Below, in pieces: positions 43,348 through 52,306 of a stretch of DNA of 64,000 nucleotides. The notes beneath the pieces are model-generated. The model was not told the DNA's origin. It worked only from the letters and a program-made list of their open reading frames with translations, and made no database searches. Position 1 is the first letter of the stretch. Every line of letters starts with the position of its first letter. The DNA is taken from the IMG/VR virus record IMGVR_UViG_3300012944_000002, positions 1 through 64,000 of that record. One strand, given 5' to 3'. The stretch is from a virus. A program made the position numbers and the translations under genes.

Positions 43348-45455
43348 TCGTGGCGTCCCCGGATTTCTCCGACGGTCTACTCGATCACCCCATGGCCGCG
43401 CCCGCGCGGGAAGCCTTTGCGGCCGGCTGGGCAATCTCGGGCGGGCCGATGACGGAACGGATCCGAGTCGCCAGTACCACCGCGGTCCGACTTGCCATCG
43501 AGTCCGCCGACGACCCGGACGCCCTCAAGGTCACCATCGACCTCGGGCGGCTGGAGGGCATGTGGGCGCTGCTGTTCCAGCGACGCGAGGAGCAGCAGGC
43601 CGCCCATATCAAGGCCGTTCGCAGCGAGTGGCGATCGCTCATCGACCGCGACGTCCTAGCCGCCGCAGTGGATCGCCTGCGAGGGCTGCTCGGTCTCGGT
43701 GAAGCCGACCGTGACCACTCGATCCGGGCGGACGCCCTCGCCGCCGCACAGGCCATGCTCCACGCTCTGCGAGACCTGACCGGCTGGCACGCGCTCCGCG
43801 ACAAGCTCACCGACGCCATCCGCGCCGGCCGGGCGGAGGGAATGGTCAACGCCGTCGCCATCGCCGCAGAACAGACAGCGGTCCTGGGGCTGGACTGGAA
43901 CATCGCCTTCCGCGACGCCTACGACTCCCTGGCGCGCCTCGACGAGATCTGGACCGACACCGACGGATGGCTCGCCAAGACCCTCGACCGGGCCACCGCC
44001 GACCTCGGCAGCACCCTCGCCGATGCTGCCGAACAGGGCCTGTCGCGCGAAGAGATGATCGACGCCGGGATGGACATCCTCACCGCCGACCGGGACGCCG
44101 TGGCGTTCGTCACCGACTGGGCCATGACCACCGCCGCCGACCAAGGCGCCCTGTCGCTGTACGCCAGCGAGGGTGTCTCGCAGATCGACATCATTTCGGC
44201 TGGCGACGGAAGGGTGTGCCCTGCATGCCTCGATGCCGAAGCGAAAAGTCCGTGGACCATGGGCGACCAGCCGCCCATGCCACTCCACCCGCTGTGCGTG
44301 GTCGGCTCAACTCGCGTTGCGGTCCCGGGTCGCGTTGTGCCCGCTGATATAGCGGACCGGCTGGCCCCTGACCCAACCCATGCGGGAGTTAGTGACTTTG
44401 GCGAGATTGGTTCGTCCGCCACATCCGCAGTGACAGGAGCCGGGAGCGACTTCGGCCGGGCGAATGTTGGGGCGGTTGCTGTTCGGGATTACGTCGGGGA
44501 TGTTGTCATCGTCCGCACGGCCTCCGGCAAGGAGTTGACCGCTACCCCGAATCACCCGGTAGCAACGCGGCTCGGCTGGGTTCCGATCGCGGAACTCAAG
44601 GTGGGAGATCACGTACTTAGCAGCACCCGGTCCGAGTGGAGTAGCTTCAGTGGCCCACACGTAGACGACGTCCCACCCAGAATTGAGGAGGTAGCGGAGT
44701 CGTTTCCCGTGACTCTTGGACCGGTGCCAACCTCCTCCGAGGATTTCCACGGCGACGGAGCCGGAAGCAACGTCCACGTTGTACGTACCGACGGCTTTCT
44801 GTGGGATCGCGGGGAACCCGGCAGTCAGCAGCATGTGGGCGAACCTGATCTCGGCGGGGGATACGTTGCTGGTTATGCGTCCTTCTCTGTGGAGCGCAGC
44901 GCTCATGAGTTCCTCATGGGTGCGCCGGACTCCGCGCCGCGCGGTGTGGGCAGCTTCGGAGAGGCGCGCTCTTTCCTCAGGGCTGGTGGCCGCCATGCGG
45001 ACGTACATGGCGGCACTGCGATCGCGGGGCTCAATCCCAGCCCTGCGCAACCTGATGCGGATGGCAGTGCGCCCGATGCCGAGCGCCTCCGACAGGGCCT
45101 TCTCGCTCTCCCCGGCCAGGTAGCGGGTGATCAGCGCCGAAGTGTCCACCGTGACGTGCTCGCGGCCCATGTTGCGCTCGCTGGAATTCCGGAGAGGAAT
45201 GTCGGCAGCCTTGAGGCGCGAATTGATCACACCCCTGCTGACGCCGAGGGATTTTGCGAGCGCACTCTGACTCTCGCCAGCGACGTAACGTCGGACGAGG
45301 TCGTCAATATCGAACTCCAGAGGTTTTCCGGGCACGTATACAACCTCGAAACGGTTGAGGGCTGGTATGTGGCTAATGGAATTCTAACCCACAACTGCCG
45401 TTGCACATACGCCGCCGATGTCGATCTCGCCCACTTCGCCAGCTGGTTCACCTGA
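43344..45455 (+). CDS. MuF / SPP1 gp7-like head morphogenesis protein, interrupted by an intein
   Basis: Track ORF 43344..45455. The MuF C-terminal motif DGRVCPACLD...PPMPLHPL-[367-codon insert]-CRCTY is split by Hint sequences. Confidence 0.85.
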   Translation: MIVASPDFSDGLLDHPMAAPAREAFAAGWAISGGPMTERIRVASTTAVRLAIESADDPDALKVTIDLGRLEGMWALLFQRREEQQAAHIKAVRSEWRSLIDRDVLAAAVDRLRGLLGLGEADRDHSIRADALAAAQAMLHALRDLTGWHALRDKLTDAIRAGRAEGMVNAVAIAAEQTAVLGLDWNIAFRDAYDSLARLDEIWTDTDGWLAKTLDRATADLGSTLADAAEQGLSREEMIDAGMDILTADRDAVAFVTDWAMTTAADQGALSLYASEGVSQIDIISAGDGRVCPACLDAEAKSPWTMGDQPPMPLHPLCVVGSTRVAVPGRVVPADIADRLAPDPTHAGVSDFGEIGSSATSAVTGAGSDFGRANVGAVAVRDYVGDVVIVRTASGKELTATPNHPVATRLGWVPIAELKVGDHVLSSTRSEWSSFSGPHVDDVPPRIEEVAESFPVTLGPVPTSSEDFHGDGAGSNVHVVRTDGFLWDRGEPGSQQHVGEPDLGGGYVAGYASFSVERSAHEFLMGAPDSAPRGVGSFGEARSFLRAGGRHADVHGGTAIAGLNPSPAQPDADGSAPDAERLRQGLLALPGQVAGDQRRSVHRDVLAAHVALAGIPERNVGSLEARIDHTPADAEGFCERTLTLASDVTSDEVVNIELQRFSGHVYNLETVEGWYVANGILTHNCRCTYAADVDLAHFASWFT
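44295..45395 (+). mobile_element. intein (Hint domain with non-canonical interior)
   Basis: Cys1 at 44295 (CVVGSTRVAV). Block B GKELTATPNHPVATRLGWVPIAELKVGDHV. C-terminus HVYNLETVEGWYVANGILTHN, followed by +1 Cys at 45396. Confidence 0.8.
44307..45335 (-). CDS. antisense-nested endonuclease gene: two HTH repeats plus Vsr/DUF559-like PD-(D/E)xK domain and Cys/His tail
   Basis: Track ORF 44307..45335 minus. GTG start with GAGG 9 nt upstream. Balanced composition, unlike other antisense ORFs. Third-position GC favours the minus frame here. Internal duplication LVRRYVAGESQSALAKSLGVSRGVINSRL / LITRYLAGESEKALSEALGIGRTAIRIRL. Nuclease-like core YNVDVASGSVAVEILGGGWH. Confidence 0.65.
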   Translation of the reverse strand: MPGKPLEFDIDDLVRRYVAGESQSALAKSLGVSRGVINSRLKAADIPLRNSSERNMGREHVTVDTSALITRYLAGESEKALSEALGIGRTAIRIRLRRAGIEPRDRSAAMYVRMAATSPEERARLSEAAHTARRGVRRTHEELMSAALHREGRITSNVSPAEIRFAHMLLTAGFPAIPQKAVGTYNVDVASGSVAVEILGGGWHRSKSHGKRLRYLLNSGWDVVYVWATEATPLGPGAAKYVISHLEFRDRNPAEPRCYRVIRGSGQLLAGGRADDDNIPDVIPNSNRPNIRPAEVAPGSCHCGCGGRTNLAKVTNSRMGWVRGQPVRYISGHNATRDRNAS

Positions 45456-45468
45456 CCCCGGAGATTCC

Positions 45469-45876
45469 ATGAGCAGCTACAAGCCGGCCCGGGTCCTGTG
45501 GAACCTGACCAGCGGCGCCACGATCCCCACCCTGTCCGGAGCGGCCACCACGAACGGCCCCACGATCAGCCTCGGCGACATCAGCGACGTGTGGCTCGCG
45601 GTCAACGTCACCGGCACTCCCACCGGCACGCTGCCGACTCTCGATGTCGGGCTGGATGTGCAGGACGCCGACGGCAACTGGTTCCCGACCGTCGTGAAGA
45701 TCACGCAGTTGACGGCCAGCGCGGGCCGCGGTTCGGCCTACGCCGGGCTGCACATGCCGATCGTCGCCTCCAACAGTGCTGCCCTCGTGCTTCCCGCCAA
45801 CGGGCGCGTCACCTGGACCCTCGGCGGCACCACGCCCGTCTACCCGCAGACGTCGATCTGCCTCTACGGCCGCTGA
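45469..45876 (+). CDS. hypothetical structural-region protein
   Basis: Internal ATG 45469 of track ORF 45418..45876, after GGAG. Confidence 0.55.
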   Translation: MSSYKPARVLWNLTSGATIPTLSGAATTNGPTISLGDISDVWLAVNVTGTPTGTLPTLDVGLDVQDADGNWFPTVVKITQLTASAGRGSAYAGLHMPIVASNSAALVLPANGRVTWTLGGTTPVYPQTSICLYGR

Positions 45877-45900
45877 AGGCCCTGACACCTTGGAGGATGC

Positions 45901-47550
45901 GTGGCCGCCATCGCCACGGTGTCCGGGACCGCCATCCGGCCCGGCATCTCCCGCAACAACCGGCTCTACACCCCACAGGCCATCGGCCGCATGGTGGAGC
46001 GCGCCAACGAACGCCTCGCCGAGGGCGACATGCCCCTGACGACGCTCACCCACCACGAGGCTGGTGACGACTCCACCCGCATTGTCGGCCGCATCACCCG
46101 CATCAACCAGGAAGCCGACGGATCCGCCTCATACGAAGCGGAGATCGCCGACACCAGTCACGGCCGCGACATCCTCGGCCTCGTCTCCGGCGACAGTCCG
46201 GCCCTCAAGGGCGTATCCATCCGCGGCGCATGGGTCGGCCCGGTCCGTCGCGAAGCCGGCCCCGGCGGCGTCGCCCTGGAGGCCGGCGACGACTTGGAAC
46301 TTCACGGCCTGGACTACACCCACAAGCCCGGCGTACCTGGCGCTGGCATCGAATCGGTGGCACTGGCCGGCGCAGAACCTCGCGAGTCCGACGGCACTGC
46401 TCGCGTTCCCATCACCGAGAGCGCCCCGGAGGCGAGTGTGACCATCACCGAGACCGCGGCCGAGAATGGCCCGTTCGCCGATCACGGCTACCGCGGCGAA
46501 CCCCGCTTCCCCGTCGGCACCCGTTCCGAGGCGAAGGCCGCGTGGCTGGCCCTGACGGAGTCGGCGAACACGCGGGACTACACCGCGGCGCAGCTCAAGC
46601 GCGTCAAGCAGCGAGCCGGCAAGGCCCTCAAGACCCACGGCGTGACCGTCGAATCCGTGGGTACCGAGAGCTGGCTCATCGACCCGCCCGCGCCCCTGAG
46701 CGAGTGCTTCGGCTACGGCGACGATCCCGGACACGGCGGCGATCTTGCCGTCACCATGTCGAACGGTCCGGTGACCGTCACGATCTCGTCCTGGTGCGTC
46801 GACCCCCACGATTTGATGGCCGTCGGCCGCGCGGCGATGACTGGGGCCTGTGGGGCGCTGGCCACCATCGACCCCGACATGGATGCCGACATCGACGTGC
46901 CCGGGGCCGACGCCGAGGACACCGACGGCGACTTGGGTGCAGCCGAGACTGCACCGTCCACCGAGCCGGCCGCGACTGTGGACGAGTCCGCCGCCACCAT
47001 CACACCCTCCACCCAGACCCCGGCCCCGGAGACCCCGGCCGCCGAACGCCCCACTCCTGAGGAGGAGCCCGCCATGGCGGAGCCCATCAACGCAGCGGAG
47101 ACCGCTGCCGCCCCCGCCGCCGGTGGGGTCGCCCTGACCTACGACCAGTTCCAGGAGCTGCTCGCGGCCGTCCGCGGCCAGGGAGGTTCGACGCCCGCGG
47201 AAGCGGCCCCCGCCGCTGCCGCCTCGGTCGCCGAAGCTGCCCCCGTGGTGGAAACCCCGGCTGCGGTCGCCGAGACCGAGGACCAGCGCATCCAGCGCCT
47301 CGTCCGGGAGGGCATCGCCGCCGCCCTCCCTGCGGCGATCCAGGAGAGCGTCGAGCAGAACGGCCCGCCCGCCCGCAAGGGCATCGTCCCCGGAGTCACC
47401 GAGCACACCGCCACGGTCACCCCCGGCCTGCCCGAGGGCGCCCCGGCGAAGCCCCTGCACGAGTACACCGACGAGGAATGGCGCGAGCACATCGCGCCGG
47501 CCGTCGTCGGGGCCGTGCTCGGCGGGCGCACCGTCGCCCCGGCCGCCTGA
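45901..47550 (+). CDS. prohead protease fused to scaffold-like Ala/Pro/Glu-rich C-terminal region
   Basis: Track ORF 45901..47550. RBS TGGAGGA. Lies between MuF and the major capsid gene. Globular N-terminal domain and a low-complexity acidic C-terminal half. Confidence 0.7.
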   Translation: MAAIATVSGTAIRPGISRNNRLYTPQAIGRMVERANERLAEGDMPLTTLTHHEAGDDSTRIVGRITRINQEADGSASYEAEIADTSHGRDILGLVSGDSPALKGVSIRGAWVGPVRREAGPGGVALEAGDDLELHGLDYTHKPGVPGAGIESVALAGAEPRESDGTARVPITESAPEASVTITETAAENGPFADHGYRGEPRFPVGTRSEAKAAWLALTESANTRDYTAAQLKRVKQRAGKALKTHGVTVESVGTESWLIDPPAPLSECFGYGDDPGHGGDLAVTMSNGPVTVTISSWCVDPHDLMAVGRAAMTGACGALATIDPDMDADIDVPGADAEDTDGDLGAAETAPSTEPAATVDESAATITPSTQTPAPETPAAERPTPEEEPAMAEPINAAETAAAPAAGGVALTYDQFQELLAAVRGQGGSTPAEAAPAAAASVAEAAPVVETPAAVAETEDQRIQRLVREGIAAALPAAIQESVEQNGPPARKGIVPGVTEHTATVTPGLPEGAPAKPLHEYTDEEWREHIAPAVVGAVLGGRTVAPAA

Positions 47551-47608
47551 CCCACCTCCTCCTCGACCGCCAGCCTGGCTGGTGCCGCCCCGGCAGCGAT
47601 GGTCACCC

Positions 47609-47634
47609 GCCCCGCCCACCTCCGTGAGCGGGGC
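47609..47634 (+). promoter_or_regulatory. hairpin between protease-scaffold and capsid genes
   Basis: GCCCCGC / GCGGGGC stem followed by TTCGTC, 33 nt before ATG 47667. Confidence 0.3.
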
Positions 47635-47666
47635 TTCGTCATACCTGCCGAGAAAGGCACCTCACC

Positions 47667-49037
47667 ATGACTGGTGACCTCCGCGAGGCCCTGACCGCCG
47701 CAGGCGCGTCCCCCCTCGTCCCGACAATCGTCGACCCGATGCTGCTGGAGTACCAGCGCCGGTACGCCCCCCTGGTGCGGGCGATCCCGTCCCGCAAGTG
47801 GGACTCGACGGTCTACTACTTCAACCAGCGCACCGCCCGCGCGGCCGGCGGCTTCGTGTCCGACGGCGGCGCCCGCCCCGTCACCAACTCCACCTACGCG
47901 CAGAACGCGTTCCCCATCCGCAACCTGCAGTCCGTCGGGTCCGTGACCGGCTACGCCCAGGCCGTCACCCGGGGCCTCGCCGGAGACCTGCGCGCGCAGG
48001 AAATCGAAGGCTCCATCCAGGGCCTGTACTGGGACATCGAGAACGCCGTCCTGTGGGGCAACTCCGGCTCCACCAGTCTGGGTGGCTACCCGCAGTTCGA
48101 CGGCCTCGACACCCAGGTCTCCACCTTCTCCGGCGGAACCCAGAACGCACAGGACGCCGCGGGCGCTTCCCTGTCGCTGGGGTGGCTGGACAAGCTCATC
48201 GACATGGTGGAGCAGCAGGCCGCCATGAAGATCAACGGGCCGGGTTGGATGTTCGTCCTGAGCTCCACCGCCGAGTCGCGGATCGCGCAGCTCGCCATCG
48301 CCAACCAGCGCTACCTGACCTCCACCGAGGTCGCGGCCGGTCTGAACGTGCAGGCGTACCGCGGTGTACCGCTGGTGACGAGCTCGTTCCTGTCGGCCCG
48401 CTCTTACCTGATGGGCGCAGTCACTACGGCGACCGCCACCACCGGCGGCACCCTCGCCGCAGCCACGTACTACTACCAGATCGCGCCGGTCATCGCCCGC
48501 CAGGGCGAGATCCTGCCCTCCGTCGAGGTCTCGCAGGCCACCACCGGCGCCACCTCAACGGTCACCCTGTCGTTCTCCACCCCGGGCGGCCTGGACGGCG
48601 CACAGCCCAACCTCTACAAGGTGTTCCGGTCCACCACCACGGGCCTGGAGACGTTCCTCGGCTACGTCGATGCCACCGTCGGTATCGCCGCGGACGGCGT
48701 CACCCCGATTCTCACCACGTCGATCCTGGACGACGGGGCGAAGCTCACCCCGAAGAACGGCTCCACCGTCCCGGCGAACATCCCCGCCGCCTACGTCGGC
48801 ACCAACGCCGCGATGAAGCCGCAGGCGTCGGGCAGCGAGAACATCTACCTGATGGCCCGCGACCCCCAGTTCGTCCTGCGGCCCTACGTGCGCGAGCTCC
48901 AGAGCCTCGACGTGTACCCCACCGCTGCGGCGCCGGACCAGCTGCCCTACGCCATCGCCTCGGACTGCACCCTCGCCGTGCGTGCGCCGAAGTACCTGGG
49001 CCGAATCAGCCGGGTCTCCAGCTCGCTGACGTCCTGA
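47667..49037 (+). CDS. major capsid protein (HK97-fold type)
   Basis: Track ORF 47667..49037. The size, the position after protease-scaffold and the balanced composition are typical. Followed by a strong hairpin. Confidence 0.8.
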   Translation: MTGDLREALTAAGASPLVPTIVDPMLLEYQRRYAPLVRAIPSRKWDSTVYYFNQRTARAAGGFVSDGGARPVTNSTYAQNAFPIRNLQSVGSVTGYAQAVTRGLAGDLRAQEIEGSIQGLYWDIENAVLWGNSGSTSLGGYPQFDGLDTQVSTFSGGTQNAQDAAGASLSLGWLDKLIDMVEQQAAMKINGPGWMFVLSSTAESRIAQLAIANQRYLTSTEVAAGLNVQAYRGVPLVTSSFLSARSYLMGAVTTATATTGGTLAAATYYYQIAPVIARQGEILPSVEVSQATTGATSTVTLSFSTPGGLDGAQPNLYKVFRSTTTGLETFLGYVDATVGIAADGVTPILTTSILDDGAKLTPKNGSTVPANIPAAYVGTNAAMKPQASGSENIYLMARDPQFVLRPYVRELQSLDVYPTAAAPDQLPYAIASDCTLAVRAPKYLGRISRVSSSLTS

Positions 49038-49043
49038 CCCCAC

Positions 49044-49073
49044 CCGCGGCCGGCCATTCACGGCCGGCCGCGG
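49044..49073 (+). terminator. strong GC hairpin after the major capsid gene
   Basis: CCGCGGCCGGCC / GGCCGGCCGCGG: perfect 12-bp stem with a 6-nt loop, 7 nt after the stop. Confidence 0.5.
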
Positions 49074-49117
49074 CTCCCGGGTCCGCCATCGGGCCCCAAC
49101 TTGCCCGAGGAGGGCTC

Positions 49118-49465
49118 ATGCCGCACATCCGTAAGGCCCAAGCGGGTAGCGACAGCTTCGGCAACACCTGGGACAGCGACGGCTCGGTCGTTGAAGTCCC
49201 GCACGAGCAGGCCGAGCAGCTGCTCGCCATCGACGACGCCGGGTTCACCCTCGCTGAGGGTCCGGCCGTCGAGTCCGATCCGGACGGGGACGACGACCCC
49301 GACGACGGCAAGGAGAACCCCGAGTTCTCCGAGGTCAACCCGGACGTCCCGACCGGCAGCCCGGAAGTCGACCCCGAGCCGCTGCCCGAGGTCGAGGACA
49401 AGCCCAAGCCCGCGGCGAAGAAGACCGCGGCCCGCAAGACGGCCGCCAGCAAGCCGCAGGAGTAG
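49118..49465 (+). CDS. acidic head-region protein with Lys-rich tail
   Basis: Tail of track ORF 47798..49465 from ATG 49118 after GAGGAGGG. Confidence 0.6.
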   Translation: MPHIRKAQAGSDSFGNTWDSDGSVVEVPHEQAEQLLAIDDAGFTLAEGPAVESDPDGDDDPDDGKENPEFSEVNPDVPTGSPEVDPEPLPEVEDKPKPAAKKTAARKTAASKPQE

Positions 49466-49468
49466 CCC

Positions 49469-50140
49469 ATGCCGACGGACTCTCCGGTACCGCTCGCGAC
49501 GTCGGCGGACATGCAGACCGGGCAGTTCGCCGACCTGGTCCGCGACCTCTCCGCCGACGCACTCGACCAACTGATGGTCGACTCGACCCGGGTGTGCGAG
49601 GGCATCGCCGGACGACGTCTCGCCCCGTTCACGGCCGTGCCGGAAACCCACCGGGCCACTGGCATCGACCCCGATGAGGCATCCGACTCCAGCGGCATCC
49701 CCGTCAGCATGCAGGCGACGCTGGCCACGTCGTACTCCAACGCCCTTGCGGGCAGCGGCAACATGGTCCGTCACATCTGGCTCAACGAGCACGCTCCCCG
49801 ATACCCGGAGATGTGGACCTACTCCAACCTGTCGGTGCAGGTGTTCCTGTCAATCGGCGGCTCGCAGTCGTTCCCAAACGTGCAGTTGATCGGCGCAGAG
49901 CCGGACAGCGGCCACATCTGGTTCTACCTCGGCTCGTACATCCCGGCCGGCTCCCTGATCCGGGTCACATACGGCGGCGGATACACCACAGTGCCCGCCG
50001 ACCTGGTCCGCGCCGGCAAACTCCAGGCCGCGGTCCTGGTTCTCGGGGAGATCGACCCGGCGGGCGACCAGTACGGCCACGACCCGAACAGCCTCGCTGC
50101 GCAAGCCGAGAAGATCCTCACCCGCTACCAGCCGACCTGA
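49469..50140 (+). CDS. head-tail connector/adaptor protein (putative)
   Basis: Track ORF 49469..50140. The call rests on its position after the capsid genes. Confidence 0.55.
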   Translation: MPTDSPVPLATSADMQTGQFADLVRDLSADALDQLMVDSTRVCEGIAGRRLAPFTAVPETHRATGIDPDEASDSSGIPVSMQATLATSYSNALAGSGNMVRHIWLNEHAPRYPEMWTYSNLSVQVFLSIGGSQSFPNVQLIGAEPDSGHIWFYLGSYIPAGSLIRVTYGGGYTTVPADLVRAGKLQAAVLVLGEIDPAGDQYGHDPNSLAAQAEKILTRYQPT

Positions 50141-50154
50141 GCGGGGGTGGTGCG

Positions 50155-50661
50155 GTGACAACGCCAGTACCGAGCTCAGCAACTGCCGTCACCCGCGAGG
50201 CGGAGTGGCTGGCCGCGTACAACCCGAACGACGGGCTGTCGGCGCTTCTGCGGGGGCAGGGCGGCCCCTTCGATGTGGTGCAGCCCTACTGGCGCCGCAC
50301 GCCGGGTGGGCGCCAGAACAGCCTGTACGTGCTGCGGCGGCGCATCGAGTCGGGCCGTACCGCGAACGTGCGGACCATGAACCGCTACGAGTTCCTGCTG
50401 CGGATCATCTGGCCGATGTCATCGACCACCGGCTCGGCCGAGGTCGCGCAGCAGGCCCTTGATGAGGCCGTCGAACTCGTCCTCCAGCGGGTCGGCGGCC
50501 TCTTCATGGACAAAACCCACGGCGGCCGGTTCCTGTCCGTCGCCGAGAACCCGCCGCAGTCCGACGCGGACTTCACCGACCCCGAAGCGTCCATCGCCGC
50601 GAAGGCGGACCTGCGGGTCGACATCACGTACTGGGCCGACGACTTCGAAACCAGCGGCTGA
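50155..50661 (+). CDS. head-tail joining protein (putative)
   Basis: Tail of track ORF 49813..50661 from GTG 50155. Confidence 0.5.
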   Translation: MTTPVPSSATAVTREAEWLAAYNPNDGLSALLRGQGGPFDVVQPYWRRTPGGRQNSLYVLRRRIESGRTANVRTMNRYEFLLRIIWPMSSTTGSAEVAQQALDEAVELVLQRVGGLFMDKTHGGRFLSVAENPPQSDADFTDPEASIAAKADLRVDITYWADDFETSG

Positions 50662-50737
50662 CCCACACCCCCGCCCCTCCAGCCCCCGCGCCTGTCTGGC
50701 CGGGGGCTTTCCCACGCCCCGACCACGGGAGAGCCCT

Positions 50738-51055
50738 GTGCGCCAGCGCAACGACACCCCACACGCCTGGTCGTTCGCGGCCACGCCCGCCACCGACGAC
50801 ACCCCTGAGCAGCCGCCCTTCGTGGTGGAGCCCGGCGAAACCACCGACCGCCCGAACCTCCTGGACGGCTGGACTGCCGTCGACGAGCCCGAGCCGGACT
50901 CCAGCCAAGACAGCGGTACCACCGCCAGCGAGACCGGCGACGCCTCGACCACGAGCGAGAACGCCGCTGCCGACAGCCCGCCGGCCAGAACCCCGAGTAG
51001 GACCAAGCGCGCCGCCGCGGCGGACACCGACAAGGACGGAGGTGAGCCGCAGTGA
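50738..51055 (+). CDS. hypothetical acidic protein
   Basis: Tail of track ORF 50459..51055 from GTG 50738 after GGGAGAG. The stop overlaps the major tail start. Confidence 0.45.
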   Translation: MRQRNDTPHAWSFAATPATDDTPEQPPFVVEPGETTDRPNLLDGWTAVDEPEPDSSQDSGTTASETGDASTTSENAAADSPPARTPSRTKRAAAADTDKDGGEPQ

Positions 51056-52203
51056 CGCTCCTCTCCCGGCTCGGCTGGATCGGCATCGCCAAGGAGAGCG
51101 TGCAGGGCACGTTCCTGGCACCCACCTTCTACCTGCCCGTGACGAAGGCCGACTTCACCATCGACTACACGCAGCTTCGTGACGAGTCGTACCGGGCCAA
51201 CGACAGCAACTTGCAGGGCAACTACCAGGGCGTCGGCGAGGGCACCGCCGACATCGAGCTCGCCGCGTACCCGGACGCGATCGGCTACGGCCTGCGCATC
51301 ATCGGCCCAGACACCGTCACCGCGGGCGTTTCCACCACGCTGTCGTCGTCCACGACCATCGGCGCCACGTCGATCAGCACGGCGGCGTCAATCCCGCTGG
51401 GCACCACGATCGCGATCGACACCGCGGCCAACCTGGAGTACGCGACCACCGGCACCCCCACCGGCGCCGGCCCCTACACCATTCCGATCGTCACGCCCGT
51501 GGGCGGTCTGACGAAGGCCCACAGCTCGGCGGTCGCCGTCCTCGGCCAGACCACGCACACGTTCAAGCAGTCCACGACCGTCCTGAAGCCCACCTACTCG
51601 TTCGTCGACTACAACGTGCTGGAGACGTGGGGCTACCCCGGGATGATGCTGTCCGAGGTAGACATCAAGATCGACCCCAAGGGCATGGTGACCCTCGGCT
51701 ACAAGTGCACCGGCTGGATCGGCACAGTCCAGACAGGCCTGGCCGCGCCAACGTTCACCGCCGTGCAGCCGATGCTCGGATGGCAGTGGGCCATGACCAA
51801 CTCCGGCTCCACCAGCACCCGCGGCCTGTCCTACGAGCTGACCCTCAAGCGGGACATCGAGGCCATCCACGCGAGCAACGGGAGCCAGGGCCCCCGCGAG
51901 GTCTTCAGCGGCGTGATGGACGCGGACATCAAATACAAGGCGCTCTACGAGTCGGACACCGACTACAACCAGTATCTACAGGCCCTGCAGACGTCCCCGA
52001 CGTCCGCCGTGGTCACGCAGCCCCTGGTGACCGGCGGCGCCTCGCTGACGATGACGACCACCACGCCCGCCTGGACGAAGGGCACCTACGACAAGTCCGG
52101 GACCTACGTGACCTTGGACGCGGAAATCTCCGGCATCTACAACGCCACCGACGCCGGCGCCATGCAGGTCGTCCTTCGCAACTGGACCACGGTCGCGTAC
52201 TGA
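51052..52203 (+). CDS. major tail protein
   Basis: Track ORF 51052..52203 (GTGA overlap). Lies upstream of the chaperone pair and the tape measure. Followed by a hairpin. Confidence 0.7.
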   Translation: MTLLSRLGWIGIAKESVQGTFLAPTFYLPVTKADFTIDYTQLRDESYRANDSNLQGNYQGVGEGTADIELAAYPDAIGYGLRIIGPDTVTAGVSTTLSSSTTIGATSISTAASIPLGTTIAIDTAANLEYATTGTPTGAGPYTIPIVTPVGGLTKAHSSAVAVLGQTTHTFKQSTTVLKPTYSFVDYNVLETWGYPGMMLSEVDIKIDPKGMVTLGYKCTGWIGTVQTGLAAPTFTAVQPMLGWQWAMTNSGSTSTRGLSYELTLKRDIEAIHASNGSQGPREVFSGVMDADIKYKALYESDTDYNQYLQALQTSPTSAVVTQPLVTGGASLTMTTTTPAWTKGTYDKSGTYVTLDAEISGIYNATDAGAMQVVLRNWTTVAY

Positions 52204-52216
52204 GATCCCCCCACCT

Positions 52217-52262
52217 CCCCGACCGTGGCCCGCGCATGAGGGTGTCGCGCCCACGGTCGGGG
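52217..52262 (+). terminator. hairpin after the major tail gene
   Basis: CCCCGACCGTGG / CCACGGTCGGGG: 12-bp stem with a 22-nt loop. Confidence 0.4.
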
Positions 52263-52306
52263 ACTCCACACCCTCAACACCCTCACCGCACAAGGAGACC
52301 GCCCCC

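Noticed and set aside
43344-45455. Alternative reading of the MuF locus as a gene broken by insertion of a minus-strand mobile gene, giving two pseudogene halves.
   Set aside because: The + frame is uninterrupted for 703 codons. The insert borders carry canonical intein residues (Cys1, terminal His-Asn, +1 Cys) and Hint blocks. Removing the insert exactly restores the MuF HP-x-CRC motif.
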